A stretch of 64,000 bases of DNA from the IMG/VR virus record IMGVR_UViG_3300042445_002023; one strand, written 5' to 3'. The translations under genes and the position numbers were made by a program. Positions 19,262 through 28,567 of this stretch are shown piece after piece. Each line of letters opens with the position of its first letter. Position 1 is the stretch's first letter. Under the pieces are notes generated by a model that had not been told where the DNA came from, did not search any database, and saw only the letters and a list, made by a program, of their open reading frames with translations. The stretch is from a virus. Its lineage: Duplodnaviria; Heunggongvirae; Uroviricota; Caudoviricetes.

Positions 19262-19963
19262 ATGATAAAGTTAAAGAAAATATTAAACGAAGCAACTGCA
19301 TCTGATATTATAAAAGATTTAGATAAGGTAAGACATGAGTTAATTAAAAAAGTAGATGTCTTAATTGCTAAAAAGAAAAAACTTTATTCTAATATGGATA
19401 TAGAATCCCCAATGAGTGCGGATGAAAAACAATTAGATAAAGATATACAAAGTATATTCTCACAAATACAACAAATAATTCAACAAAAAAGAAGTATTAA
19501 AGAAGGTGTAGAAACTGATACAATAGAGTGTGCAGAATGTGGTTGGGATTGGGATTTAGAAGATGGCGGTGAAGAACCATATGTTTGTCATAAATGTGGA
19601 TACGATAATTCAGATGAGTACGATGAATTGGATGTAGAGGATGATGATGAGGAGGATTTCTTAAATTACTTAAAAGGATATAAAACCGAACTAAAAGAAG
19701 CAAATTGTAATTGTGTTTATGAAGCAGAATACAAAGGTAGAGAAGTTAAGTTAGGCAAACCAATGCAAGGTGATGTTAAGAAGTTTAAAGTATATGTAAA
19801 GAATCCTAAGACAGGTAAAGTTATTAAAGTAAACTTTGGTCAAAAGGGAATGGTAATTAAGAAAGATAATCCTGCTGCTAGAAAATCATTTAGAGCAAGA
19901 ATGAATTGTGATTCACCGGGGCCAAGAACAAAAGCAAATTATTGGTCTTGTAGAAAGTGGTAA
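19262..19963 (+). CDS. Phage protein with Zn-ribbon and DUF6321-like C-terminal domain
   Basis: CAECGW...CHKCG; KKFKVYVKNPKTGKVIKVNFG...RKSFRARMNC...ANYWSC. Confidence 0.7.
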   Translation: MIKLKKILNEATASDIIKDLDKVRHELIKKVDVLIAKKKKLYSNMDIESPMSADEKQLDKDIQSIFSQIQQIIQQKRSIKEGVETDTIECAECGWDWDLEDGGEEPYVCHKCGYDNSDEYDELDVEDDDEEDFLNYLKGYKTELKEANCNCVYEAEYKGREVKLGKPMQGDVKKFKVYVKNPKTGKVIKVNFGQKGMVIKKDNPAARKSFRARMNCDSPGPRTKANYWSCRKW

Positions 19964-20045
19964 TATGATAATAATTTGTTAATATTGAATTAACCTATTA
20001 AAAGAAGCGAGAGCATAATTATTGAGGAACTAACTTAAATAATTT

Positions 20046-22526
20046 ATGGCCCGTTTCTTTTTTATTTTGTTACTATTTCCATTTGTAGCGTTTTCTCAAA
20101 CCTCCCAATTAAGTGGAGAAACAAAATCCAAAACCGAAAAAATATATTTTTCACATATTACATTTGAAGATGTGAATGGTAATAAGTTTTCTACAATTTC
20201 TAATGAAAACGCTGAATACAAAATCAATCTAAAATTAGGTGTATATAAAATCAAAGCATCTTATGTTGGTTATACTACCTATACAACACAAATAAACTTA
20301 ATATCAGATACTACATTTGATATTATATTGTTGGATGATACAAAGCAATTATCAGAAGTCGTTGTTAGAGCAGCAAATCAAAAAGTAACTGATGTAGCAG
20401 TAGTTAGAACAATCCGAAATAGTAATGTAGTATCCGATGGAGTATCCATAGAATTCATTAAAAAAACACCTGATAGAAATGTTGGTGATGCTCTTAAAAG
20501 AGTAAGTGGTGTAACAATCCAAAACGATAAGTTTGTATTAGTAAGAGGATTGGCGGATAGATACAATTCAGCTATCTTAAACAAAACCCTACTACCATCA
20601 ACCGAACCTGATAGGAGAGCATTTTCATTTGATATAATTCCAACAGCATTAATTGATAATATTATAGTTGCTAAATCAGCATCGGCAAATCAGCCAGGTG
20701 ATTGGAGTGGTGGATTGGTTCAGATTACAACAAAAGAAGTTTCTGATAACTTTTTTAATATCTCATTGGGAAGTGGTTGGGGTTTAGTTTCAACTTTAAA
20801 GGATTTTAAGTTAGTTCAAGCTACTGAATTCCCTTCCACATTCCCATCTACATACGGATACCGTGTTAGTAGTAATGGTGATAAAAGATTATACACAAAG
20901 CAATTCAGTAATCCAATAGTAGATGGGTTTACTTCATCCCCAAACTTAAATGGTGGATTATCATTTGGTGTAAAGAAAAACAAATTCAACGCTCTATTCA
21001 GTTCAACCCTTAGAAACACATATGGAATAAATTACATAGATAGAATCGATTACCAATCCTCAACCGAATTAGCATACGATTATAGAGATACATTGTATAC
21101 AAAAAGATTTTCCGCAAATGGTTTATTGAATTTAACTTATTTAGGTGAGAACCGATATAGTTGGAAAACATTAGTGAACTATCAAACGGATGATTCTTAT
21201 ATGAATAGAAATGGTGAGAACTATGATAATGTTCAGAATGTTCATAGTAATTCATCTAACCACATAAATAATATTGTAGTTAATTCTCAATTCGATGGTA
21301 AACTTAAAACATGGGATTTTAATTTAGGGTATAATTTAATTTTAAGAGAACAACCTGATTATAGAGTTAATCCAATTACAAAATCATTAGGAGTAAACGA
21401 ACCATATACTACGGCGTGGAGAGATACATATCGTTTTTGGAGTGTGATGGATGAAAACTCTTTTAGTGGTAACATTAACAAATCATTTGGTGATATTAAG
21501 ATTGGTGGTGGCTACTTAAAAAAGATTAGAGGATTTAATGCAAGAATATTCCGTTATCTTTCAACTGATATGTTAGATGAGATAACAAACAATACAGACA
21601 AATACACTGCTGATTTTGATTTAGGTAGTGGGTATGTAATGTGGGATAAAGAATTTGGTTTATGGAAATTAAATACAGGTGTTAGAACCGAATATAATTT
21701 ATTTGGTGTATCTACTGCAGATTTTAGTGGAAGTAAAGTTAAAGTTAATAGAGAGTATTTAGATGTATTACCATCTCTAAATCTTTCATACAATTTAGAA
21801 AAAATAAAGTATAGATTTTCATTAAGTAAAACATTAGCAAGACCGGAGTTTAGAGAAGTTGCTAATTTTGCTTATTATGATTTTGTAAGAAATGCACAAT
21901 TATTGGGTAATCCTAAATTAGAAAAATCTGACATATATAATTTAGATTTGAAATGGGAATTATATCCAAAAGCAGGAGAGAATATTTCAGTATCCCTATT
22001 TGGTAAGAACTTCATAAAACCAATTGAACAAGTAGTAGCAGATGGGTCAGTTCCATCTAACTTATTATTAACTTACGCAAACCCTGATAACGCGTATCTT
22101 TATGGTGTTGAATTAGAATTTCGTAAAAAGGTAACTGAATGGTTTGATTTTTATACAAACGCTTCGGTAATGAATTCGGAAGTAAACGTGAAAGGAGTTA
22201 AAAGACAATTACAAGGACAATCAAATTATGTATTAAATGGTGGGGTTAATATCCACAAAAACAAAAACACACTTAACGTAACTTACAATAGAGTAGGCGA
22301 TAGAATATCAGCAATAGGATTTCAAGGTTATCCAGACATTTTTGAAAATAGTAGAGATGTATTGGATGTGACCCTTTTACATAAATTAAATAAAGGTGAA
22401 ATAAAATTGGCAATAGGTGATTTGTTTGGCCAACAATCAATCTATTATCAAAAATTACAAAACCGAAATTTGATAAAAACAAACAATGAACAAACAATTT
22501 CTTTAACATTAAATTTAACATTATGA
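20046..22526 (+). CDS. TonB-dependent receptor (Bacteroidota type)
   Basis: Sec signal, N-terminal CarboxypepD-like domain, LSEVVV TonB-box region, plug motif DALKRVSGVT...VRGLADRYN, barrel motifs LARPEF and GNPKL. Confidence 0.9.
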   Translation: MARFFFILLLFPFVAFSQTSQLSGETKSKTEKIYFSHITFEDVNGNKFSTISNENAEYKINLKLGVYKIKASYVGYTTYTTQINLISDTTFDIILLDDTKQLSEVVVRAANQKVTDVAVVRTIRNSNVVSDGVSIEFIKKTPDRNVGDALKRVSGVTIQNDKFVLVRGLADRYNSAILNKTLLPSTEPDRRAFSFDIIPTALIDNIIVAKSASANQPGDWSGGLVQITTKEVSDNFFNISLGSGWGLVSTLKDFKLVQATEFPSTFPSTYGYRVSSNGDKRLYTKQFSNPIVDGFTSSPNLNGGLSFGVKKNKFNALFSSTLRNTYGINYIDRIDYQSSTELAYDYRDTLYTKRFSANGLLNLTYLGENRYSWKTLVNYQTDDSYMNRNGENYDNVQNVHSNSSNHINNIVVNSQFDGKLKTWDFNLGYNLILREQPDYRVNPITKSLGVNEPYTTAWRDTYRFWSVMDENSFSGNINKSFGDIKIGGGYLKKIRGFNARIFRYLSTDMLDEITNNTDKYTADFDLGSGYVMWDKEFGLWKLNTGVRTEYNLFGVSTADFSGSKVKVNREYLDVLPSLNLSYNLEKIKYRFSLSKTLARPEFREVANFAYYDFVRNAQLLGNPKLEKSDIYNLDLKWELYPKAGENISVSLFGKNFIKPIEQVVADGSVPSNLLLTYANPDNAYLYGVELEFRKKVTEWFDFYTNASVMNSEVNVKGVKRQLQGQSNYVLNGGVNIHKNKNTLNVTYNRVGDRISAIGFQGYPDIFENSRDVLDVTLLHKLNKGEIKLAIGDLFGQQSIYYQKLQNRNLIKTNNEQTISLTLNLTL

Positions 22527-23725
22527 AAAAATTATTAGGTATTATTTTGGTATTAGGATTATTCAGTTGCCAAAAAGAATTAGGTGGTGATATAACTCCT
22601 ATCAATGTTCCAACTTCAACAACTTTGAGTGGTAACATTAACACAACAACAACTTTGACATCAGACAAAGTATGGACATTAAAAGGATATGTTTATGTAA
22701 CTGATGGTGCTAAACTTATTATCCAACCGGGTACAACAATTATTTCTGATATTGCAGAGAAAGGTGCATTAATTATTGAAAGAGGTGCACAACTTTTAGC
22801 AGAAGGAACTTCGGCAAAACCAATTGTATTTACATCAGGCAAAGCAGTAGGTGAAAGAACTCCTGGTGATTGGGGTGGTGTGGTATTATTAGGTAGGGCA
22901 ACTACTAATAGAACTTCCGAACCAACTATTGAAGGTGGTATTGGTAGACCATATGGTGGCACTAACGATATAGATAATAGTGGTATTCTAAAATATGTAA
23001 GAATTGAATACGCTGGTATCGCAGCAATGCCAAACTCTGAAATCAACGCCCTAACATTGGGTGGTGTTGGTAGTGGAACAATCATTGAGAATGTTCAAAC
23101 TATTTACGCTAACGATGATGCATTTGAATTCTTTGGTGGAACTGTAAATGCAAAGAACTTATACGCTTATGCAACTGCGGATGATGATTACGATTTTGAT
23201 TTTGGATATAGAGGTTCAGTATCTTATTCAGTATCAAAGAGAGACCCATTATTTGTAGATGCCGGTGATGCTGGAAATGGTGTAGAGTGTGATAATGATG
23301 GAACAGGTACATCTGCACAACCATTCACACATCCTAAATTAGATAATATGATTTTAGTTGGACCATTTGATGTAACCGCATTAGCAAACCACAATTTAGG
23401 TTTAAGATGGAGGAGAGCAACTCAATTCACAATTACTAACTCAAAGATTGTTGGATATCAAAAAGGTGGATTCTCAATGGAAAGTAATGAAACTGCACAG
23501 GCATATAAAGATGGTGTAAGTAAGTTCCAAAATAATGAGATTCAGGCGTATGAACCATTATTAAACTTCAAATCAACATCAACTATATTTACTGCAGCTG
23601 ATATGAAGGTAAAAGCTTTATCAGAGGGTAACAAACAAGTATCTTATACAAAAGCTGAAATGGAAATATTATCCAAACCAATATGGATTAGTGGTTGGAC
23701 TAGATTCCCAACAAAAGGTAATTAA
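22523..23725 (+). CDS. Lipoprotein with beta-helix-like repeats, partner of the TBDR
   Basis: Lipobox LFSC; LKGYVYV...GALIIERGAQLLAEGT...PIVFTS; WGGVVLLG; DDAFEFFGG; DDDYDFDFGY. Overlaps the TBDR stop (ATGA). Confidence 0.8.
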   Translation: MKKLLGIILVLGLFSCQKELGGDITPINVPTSTTLSGNINTTTTLTSDKVWTLKGYVYVTDGAKLIIQPGTTIISDIAEKGALIIERGAQLLAEGTSAKPIVFTSGKAVGERTPGDWGGVVLLGRATTNRTSEPTIEGGIGRPYGGTNDIDNSGILKYVRIEYAGIAAMPNSEINALTLGGVGSGTIIENVQTIYANDDAFEFFGGTVNAKNLYAYATADDDYDFDFGYRGSVSYSVSKRDPLFVDAGDAGNGVECDNDGTGTSAQPFTHPKLDNMILVGPFDVTALANHNLGLRWRRATQFTITNSKIVGYQKGGFSMESNETAQAYKDGVSKFQNNEIQAYEPLLNFKSTSTIFTAADMKVKALSEGNKQVSYTKAEMEILSKPIWISGWTRFPTKGN

Positions 23726-23729
23726 TATC

Positions 23730-23757
23730 AAAAGGGAGATTTATTCTCCCTTTTTTT
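23730..23757 (+). terminator. Intrinsic terminator
   Basis: AAAAGGGAGA-TTTAT-TCTCCCTTTT plus T-run; stem identical to the one at 16391. Confidence 0.8.
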
Positions 23758-23769
23758 ATATTTATACAT

Positions 23770-24003
23770 ATGATATATAAGGTTATAGATGTGCCGGTAA
23801 ACGACCCATGTGAAGAATGCATTTCATGTATGAGGCTTAAATTAATGGAAATTGGATTCGTGAGTGGACAGGACATTGAGATACAAAAAAAACAATGGGG
23901 GTTATATGTTATCAATCTGGTTTCAAAACAAGGACACGTTGAACAAACTATAGCATTAAGAGAAGAAGAATTTAATCGAATTTGTTTAAAAGAAAAAAAT
24001 TAA
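23770..24003 (+). CDS. FeoA-domain (SH3-like) protein
   Basis: RLKLMEIGFVSGQDIEI...IALREEEFNRI. Confidence 0.7.
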   Translation: MIYKVIDVPVNDPCEECISCMRLKLMEIGFVSGQDIEIQKKQWGLYVINLVSKQGHVEQTIALREEEFNRICLKEKN

Positions 24004-24066
24004 TATTAATAATTTAATAATACATAAGTCCCCCAATAAAAATGGGGATTTTTTATTTATACCTAT

Positions 24067-24786
24067 ATGCTAAAAGAAATACTTACTATCGTTATACCTT
24101 GTAAAAATGAAGGTATTAACATTTACGATTGTTTAGGTTTAATTTGTAAACAATCTGATATAGAAGGAACTAATGTAGTAATTGCAGATAGTTCCGATGA
24201 TGCGGATTCACTTTATTGGTTAAGCAGGGCAAGAATCGATTTTGGGTTCTCCATAGTAATTCATACCATCAATGGTGGATATCCTGCTAAAGCCCGTCTA
24301 AATGGTTCACAATTGGTAAAAACACCATACGTTCTATTCTTAGATGCGGATGTGATGTTAAGAAATAAAAATCTATTAAAAAATATATGGGAAACTTCAC
24401 TTGCATATTACGAAGTAGATTTAGTAACAACTCCATTTCAGACAGAAAAGGGATGGAATTGGGTTTTCCGTATTTTTGATAAATTTCAAAGATTGAGCAC
24501 ATTATTAGGTACACCATTTGCAGTAGGAGGATTTCAGATATTTAATACCAAAACCTATTGGGAGATTGGTGGATATAATCCCGAAGAATTATTTGCAGAA
24601 GATTACTCACTTTCATCTAAAATAAATCCAAAGAAATTTTGGATTCATAAAACAAAAGGAGTGTGGACATCTGCAAGGCGATTTAAAAATAAAGGAGTAT
24701 TATGGATGTTTAAGATAATGATACTAAGTTATATAAACCGAAATAATCCTAACTTCTTTAAACACCACCACAACTATTGGACATGA
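24067..24786 (+). CDS. Glycosyltransferase family 2
   Basis: TIVIPCKNE, VIADSS, ARLNG, LFLDAD, GGY...AEDY, TSARRF. Confidence 0.9.
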   Translation: MLKEILTIVIPCKNEGINIYDCLGLICKQSDIEGTNVVIADSSDDADSLYWLSRARIDFGFSIVIHTINGGYPAKARLNGSQLVKTPYVLFLDADVMLRNKNLLKNIWETSLAYYEVDLVTTPFQTEKGWNWVFRIFDKFQRLSTLLGTPFAVGGFQIFNTKTYWEIGGYNPEELFAEDYSLSSKINPKKFWIHKTKGVWTSARRFKNKGVLWMFKIMILSYINRNNPNFFKHHHNYWT

Positions 24787-25499
24787 AATATCAAGCAATC
24801 ATAGTATCAGATTTACACTTAGGTATAAAAGATTCTAAAACTGATGAATTCATAGAATTTATAGAATCACATCCTACGGAATTATTAATTCTTAATGGAG
24901 ATATAATTGATGGTTGGGCATTGAATAGAGGTTCTAAATGGAGAAAATCGCATACCAAAGTAATCAGTAAGTTATTAAAGATTTCTAATAAAACTCGTAT
25001 TATTTGGATTAGAGGAAACCACGATGAATTTATTCAAGAATTTATGAATAATCACATTGGGTCAATTGAAATAAGAGAGGATTATATCCTAAATGTGAAC
25101 GAAAAAAAATACTATTGTTTTCATGGAGATGTCATCGATGTATTCATTACAAAATATAAATGGTTATCAAAGATAGGTGCAGTGGGATATGATTTTGCAC
25201 TTTGGTTAAATAGAGTTTACAACACATATCGTAAGTGGAGAAAACTACCTTACATATCCATCTCACAAAAGATTAAAAATTCAGTTAAGGTTGCAACAAA
25301 TTATGTAAATGATTTTGAAACCACCGCATTATCAATGGCAACTAAAAAAGGATGTGATGGAGTTATATGTGGGCATATCCATCAACCAGAAGACAGAATG
25401 ATAAACGATAAGAGATATTTAAATAGTGGTGATTGGATTGAGAATATGAGTGCAATTTGTGTTGATGGAAATGGAATGTTATATTTATATAAAAGATAG
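24783..25499 (+). CDS. Calcineurin-like metallophosphoesterase of the PlcP/LpxH2 type (putative phospholipase C)
   Basis: SDLHLG, NGDIIDGW, GNHD, HGD, amphipathic lid region, CGHIH, NSGDWIE. Confidence 0.85.
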   Translation: MKYQAIIVSDLHLGIKDSKTDEFIEFIESHPTELLILNGDIIDGWALNRGSKWRKSHTKVISKLLKISNKTRIIWIRGNHDEFIQEFMNNHIGSIEIREDYILNVNEKKYYCFHGDVIDVFITKYKWLSKIGAVGYDFALWLNRVYNTYRKWRKLPYISISQKIKNSVKVATNYVNDFETTALSMATKKGCDGVICGHIHQPEDRMINDKRYLNSGDWIENMSAICVDGNGMLYLYKR

Positions 25500-25503
25500 T
25501 CCT

Positions 25504-26331
25504 ATGAAAAGTATAATAACCTTATTGGTATTATTACCAACGTTAGCATTTTCACAAGTATCAACTTGGAGACAAAGTGGTGGAAGTGTTCCGGCATCAT
25601 CACAAATATCACAATCAACTCAAACAAGAGTTCAACCATCTGTACCACAACAAAATAATGTGAGTAGCTGGAGAAACAATCCACCAGAAACATCTAAACC
25701 AAACTATAATATAATTGCACGACCAAACAATTGGCGATGGGGTGGTAATAATTGGGGTTGGCAATGGAATAATTGGGGATGGTATCAACCAATGCCTTAC
25801 ATTTGGTATGATGATTACGGATGGAGACAAAGAAGTGTAATTCATGTATACGAAAGTGGTAAAAGAGATACTATTAGAAAAGAAAGAGTTTATACCTCAT
25901 TTGGATTTGGGCATACTACTAATAAACAAGCAGCATTTTGGGGAATCGTTGGTGGTAAAAAATCATATTTCATTATGGATTATGTAATGACTTATGCAAT
26001 AGACCAAAACCAATACTATCCATATGGTCAAATTAATAATGTTGACTTTCCACTTAGTAAAGAAGATTGGAAAAAAGAATCAACTTTATATGTAGGTGGT
26101 GGTAAACGAATTGGTAAAATAGGTATACATGGTATGATAGGATTTGGTAATGAAGTTATCAGATGGCAAGGTAAAGATGACTTAGGTGGTATCTCATTTC
26201 CAAAATCAAATTCCTCATTCACTACATTTAAAGTTGGTGTTATAAAAGATTTCAAATTCGTTACATTAAAATTAGAAACTGACCCAATTAGAGGGTATTC
26301 TCAAATTTCAATCGGATTGAATAATAAGTAA
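25504..26331 (+). CDS. Secreted protein with Gln/Asn/Trp-rich N-terminus and beta-stranded C-terminal domain
   Basis: Sec signal ending AFS-Q; NNWRWGGNNWGWQWNNWGWY; alternating beta-strands to the C-terminus. Confidence 0.55.
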   Translation: MKSIITLLVLLPTLAFSQVSTWRQSGGSVPASSQISQSTQTRVQPSVPQQNNVSSWRNNPPETSKPNYNIIARPNNWRWGGNNWGWQWNNWGWYQPMPYIWYDDYGWRQRSVIHVYESGKRDTIRKERVYTSFGFGHTTNKQAAFWGIVGGKKSYFIMDYVMTYAIDQNQYYPYGQINNVDFPLSKEDWKKESTLYVGGGKRIGKIGIHGMIGFGNEVIRWQGKDDLGGISFPKSNSSFTTFKVGVIKDFKFVTLKLETDPIRGYSQISIGLNNK

Positions 26332-27854
26332 TGAAAAAATGGGTAGTAAACTTTATAATAATTTGTATTGTTCTATTTGCACAAAAAGTAAATGGTCAAG
26401 TATTCACGCAATCATTTGTAGATAAATGTACTGGTGAAATAAAAATTGCAACCACAACTTATGTAAGAGGTAATGCAGTGGTTTCATTTTATAATCAAGT
26501 TCGAACATTCACTCCCCTTGAAGTACAAAGTGGTATATTAAATGCATGGTTACAAACTACCTATTTGGCATATTCCACATTAGGGTGTCCAACTAATGTA
26601 GTAGTTCAACAAACTGTCCAACAAGCAGTAACTCAGGCTGCAGCACAAGCAGCAGCCGCAGCAGCATCCGCCGCCGCACAAGCAGCAGCAGATGCAGCAG
26701 CAAAAGCAGCATCGGATGCAGCAGCAAAAGCAGCAGCAGATGCAGCAGCAAAAGCAGCAAGTTCATCCGCGAGTGGTGCCGCATCATCATCCGCTTCTTC
26801 GGCAGCAACCTCATCTGCAACAGCAGCAACTTCATCAGTAGCAACTCCACCACCAACATCAACACCTCCACCTGCAAGTAGTAGTTCAACACCTCCACCT
26901 GCAAGTAGTTCTTCATCATCAAGTAGTGGTGGGTCTTCATCAAGTTCATCATCATCTGGCTCATCTACGGAGAGTAAGACCGAAACTAAAACTGAAGCTA
27001 AAACAGAATCGAAAACCGAAGAAAAGAAAACCGAAACTAAATCAGAGGAAAAGAAAGAGGAAACTAAGTCTGAAAGTAAAGAAGAGAAAAAAGAGGAAAG
27101 TAAATCGGAAGAAAAGAAAGAAGAAAAAAAGGAAGAAAAGAAAGAAGAAAAAAAGGAAGAGAAAAAAGAGGAAAAGAAAGAAAAGAAAAAAACTGCAGTT
27201 ACAAATCCAATGATGTTATCATCTGATTTAGCAGGAACTGAATCCGCAGATGGTGAATACGCAGTAATGATGTCAGTAGGTGTATCTAAATCATCTCTAA
27301 TGGGTGATAAATCATATTCCAGCTCTGCATTAATATGGTCTACATTTGACCAATTTGCACTATCATCAGGAGTTACTAAAATGGTAATAGCAGATGGTAA
27401 ATTAAAAGCACTTAATAGTTACTCATTAACATCTGCATATCTTAAAGGTACGTTGATGGGATTAATGGGATATACATGGATTAAACCACACCCAACATTG
27501 GGTACATTTGGATATAACTTAGGTGCAATTATGTTAATGATGAAAGGTACTGAAATGAAATACAATACATCATTCTCAACCTCAGTAGTGGTATTTTGGA
27601 CTAAACCATATCAATACTCAAGAAAACTTACGATTTCACCTCAGATATTTGTAATGTCAGCACCTATTGCTTATAATTCACTAACAGGTGGAACATCCGT
27701 AAGTAGAACACCTGGTGCTTTATTAGGAACTGCTATTGATTATAGAATTAGTAAAAGATTTGGATTTAACTTTGGATATAAAGCAAATATAGCGTTTGAA
27801 CCAGAATTCAGTTTGTTGCATAATTTCCAAATTGGTTCTAAAATGACATTCTAA
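26331..27854 (+). CDS. Secreted protein with Ala/Ser/Pro and Lys/Glu low-complexity stalk and C-terminal putative beta-barrel
   Basis: Sec signal; AAA/SSS/EEKK repeats; beta-strands ending FQIGSKMTF. Confidence 0.6.
   Translation: MKKWVVNFIIICIVLFAQKVNGQVFTQSFVDKCTGEIKIATTTYVRGNAVVSFYNQVRTFTPLEVQSGILNAWLQTTYLAYSTLGCPTNVVVQQTVQQAVTQAAAQAAAAAASAAAQAAADAAAKAASDAAAKAAADAAAKAASSSASGAASSSASSAATSSATAATSSVATPPPTSTPPPASSSSTPPPASSSSSSSSGGSSSSSSSSGSSTESKTETKTEAKTESKTEEKKTETKSEEKKEETKSESKEEKKEESKSEEKKEEKKEEKKEEKKEEKKEEKKEKKKTAVTNPMMLSSDLAGTESADGEYAVMMSVGVSKSSLMGDKSYSSSALIWSTFDQFALSSGVTKMVIADGKLKALNSYSLTSAYLKGTLMGLMGYTWIKPHPTLGTFGYNLGAIMLMMKGTEMKYNTSFSTSVVVFWTKPYQYSRKLTISPQIFVMSAPIAYNSLTGGTSVSRTPGALLGTAIDYRISKRFGFNFGYKANIAFEPEFSLLHNFQIGSKMTF
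26630..27190 (+). repeat. Coding low-complexity repeats (GCA-rich tract, 23-bp direct duplication, GAA/AAA tract)
   Basis: CAACACCTCCACCTGCAAGTAGT at 26860-26882 and 26887-26909; tandem gcagcagcaaaa and aaagaagaaaa units. Confidence 0.8.
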
Positions 27855-27884
27855 TACTTATAGTAATACAAACAACAAAATTTT

Positions 27885-28532
27885 ATGAAAAAATTATTAA
27901 ACATCAAAAACATTGCATTATTATTATTAATTGCAATTGTTGTATTCCAACAATGTGGTGGGAATAAAAACCAAACTGGTGAAATTGTAAAAGTAAATGG
28001 TAAAAAGTACGAACTTATTAAACATGAAATTGATACAATTGAAGTAGTTAAGACAAAAGTAGTAACTAAAAAAGGTGAAGATATTTACCACGAAACAATC
28101 GTTGAGAAAGAGGTTATAGTACCTGCAAATGTAGATACTAGTGCAATCCTAAAACAATACTATACAAAAGTATTATATAAAGATGTATTAGTATTACCTG
28201 ATTCATTAGGAACTGTTGCAGTAACTGATACTATCTCACAAAATAAAATATTTGGCAGAACTTTTAACGCAAATGTTAAACAAAGAACTATCAAAGAAAC
28301 TACAATAGTAAAAGAATTACCTAAGAATCAAGTCTATTTTGGATTTGGTGGTCAATTTAACAAAGCTGATTTTATTAATGGTCTTAGTACTGGAGTGATA
28401 TTAAAAACTAAAAAAGATAAAATATATCAAGTTAATGTAGGAGTTACTAACTCAACAATCGATGGAGTAAATGGTGAATTTAAACCATATGTTGGAGCAG
28501 GAGTTTATTGGAAAATCCGATTAAAAAAATAA
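27885..28532 (+). CDS. Membrane-anchored/lipoprotein, spanin-like or envelope protein
   Basis: N-terminal TM ending FQQC, DT-rich beta region (HEIDTIEV, VTDTISQN), C-terminal beta-strands. Confidence 0.45.
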   Translation: MKKLLNIKNIALLLLIAIVVFQQCGGNKNQTGEIVKVNGKKYELIKHEIDTIEVVKTKVVTKKGEDIYHETIVEKEVIVPANVDTSAILKQYYTKVLYKDVLVLPDSLGTVAVTDTISQNKIFGRTFNANVKQRTIKETTIVKELPKNQVYFGFGGQFNKADFINGLSTGVILKTKKDKIYQVNVGVTNSTIDGVNGEFKPYVGAGVYWKIRLKK

Positions 28533-28567
28533 TTCAATATTTATTGATATATTAAAATAATAGAAGT

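Noticed and set aside
24029-24054. CCCCA/TGGGG hairpin as a terminator
   Set aside because: Only a 5-bp stem with a long A-rich loop; too weak to call.
24783-25499. Annotation as lipid A enzyme LpxH
   Set aside because: No other lpx genes are present, and the pairing with a GT and the long amphipathic lid fit the PlcP/LpxH2 branch better. A phylogeny is needed to settle it.
26630-27190. Tandem repeats considered as a CRISPR array or satellite
   Set aside because: The units are in-frame codon repeats (Ala, Ser, Glu/Lys) with no constant repeat and unique-spacer structure, and there are no cas genes.
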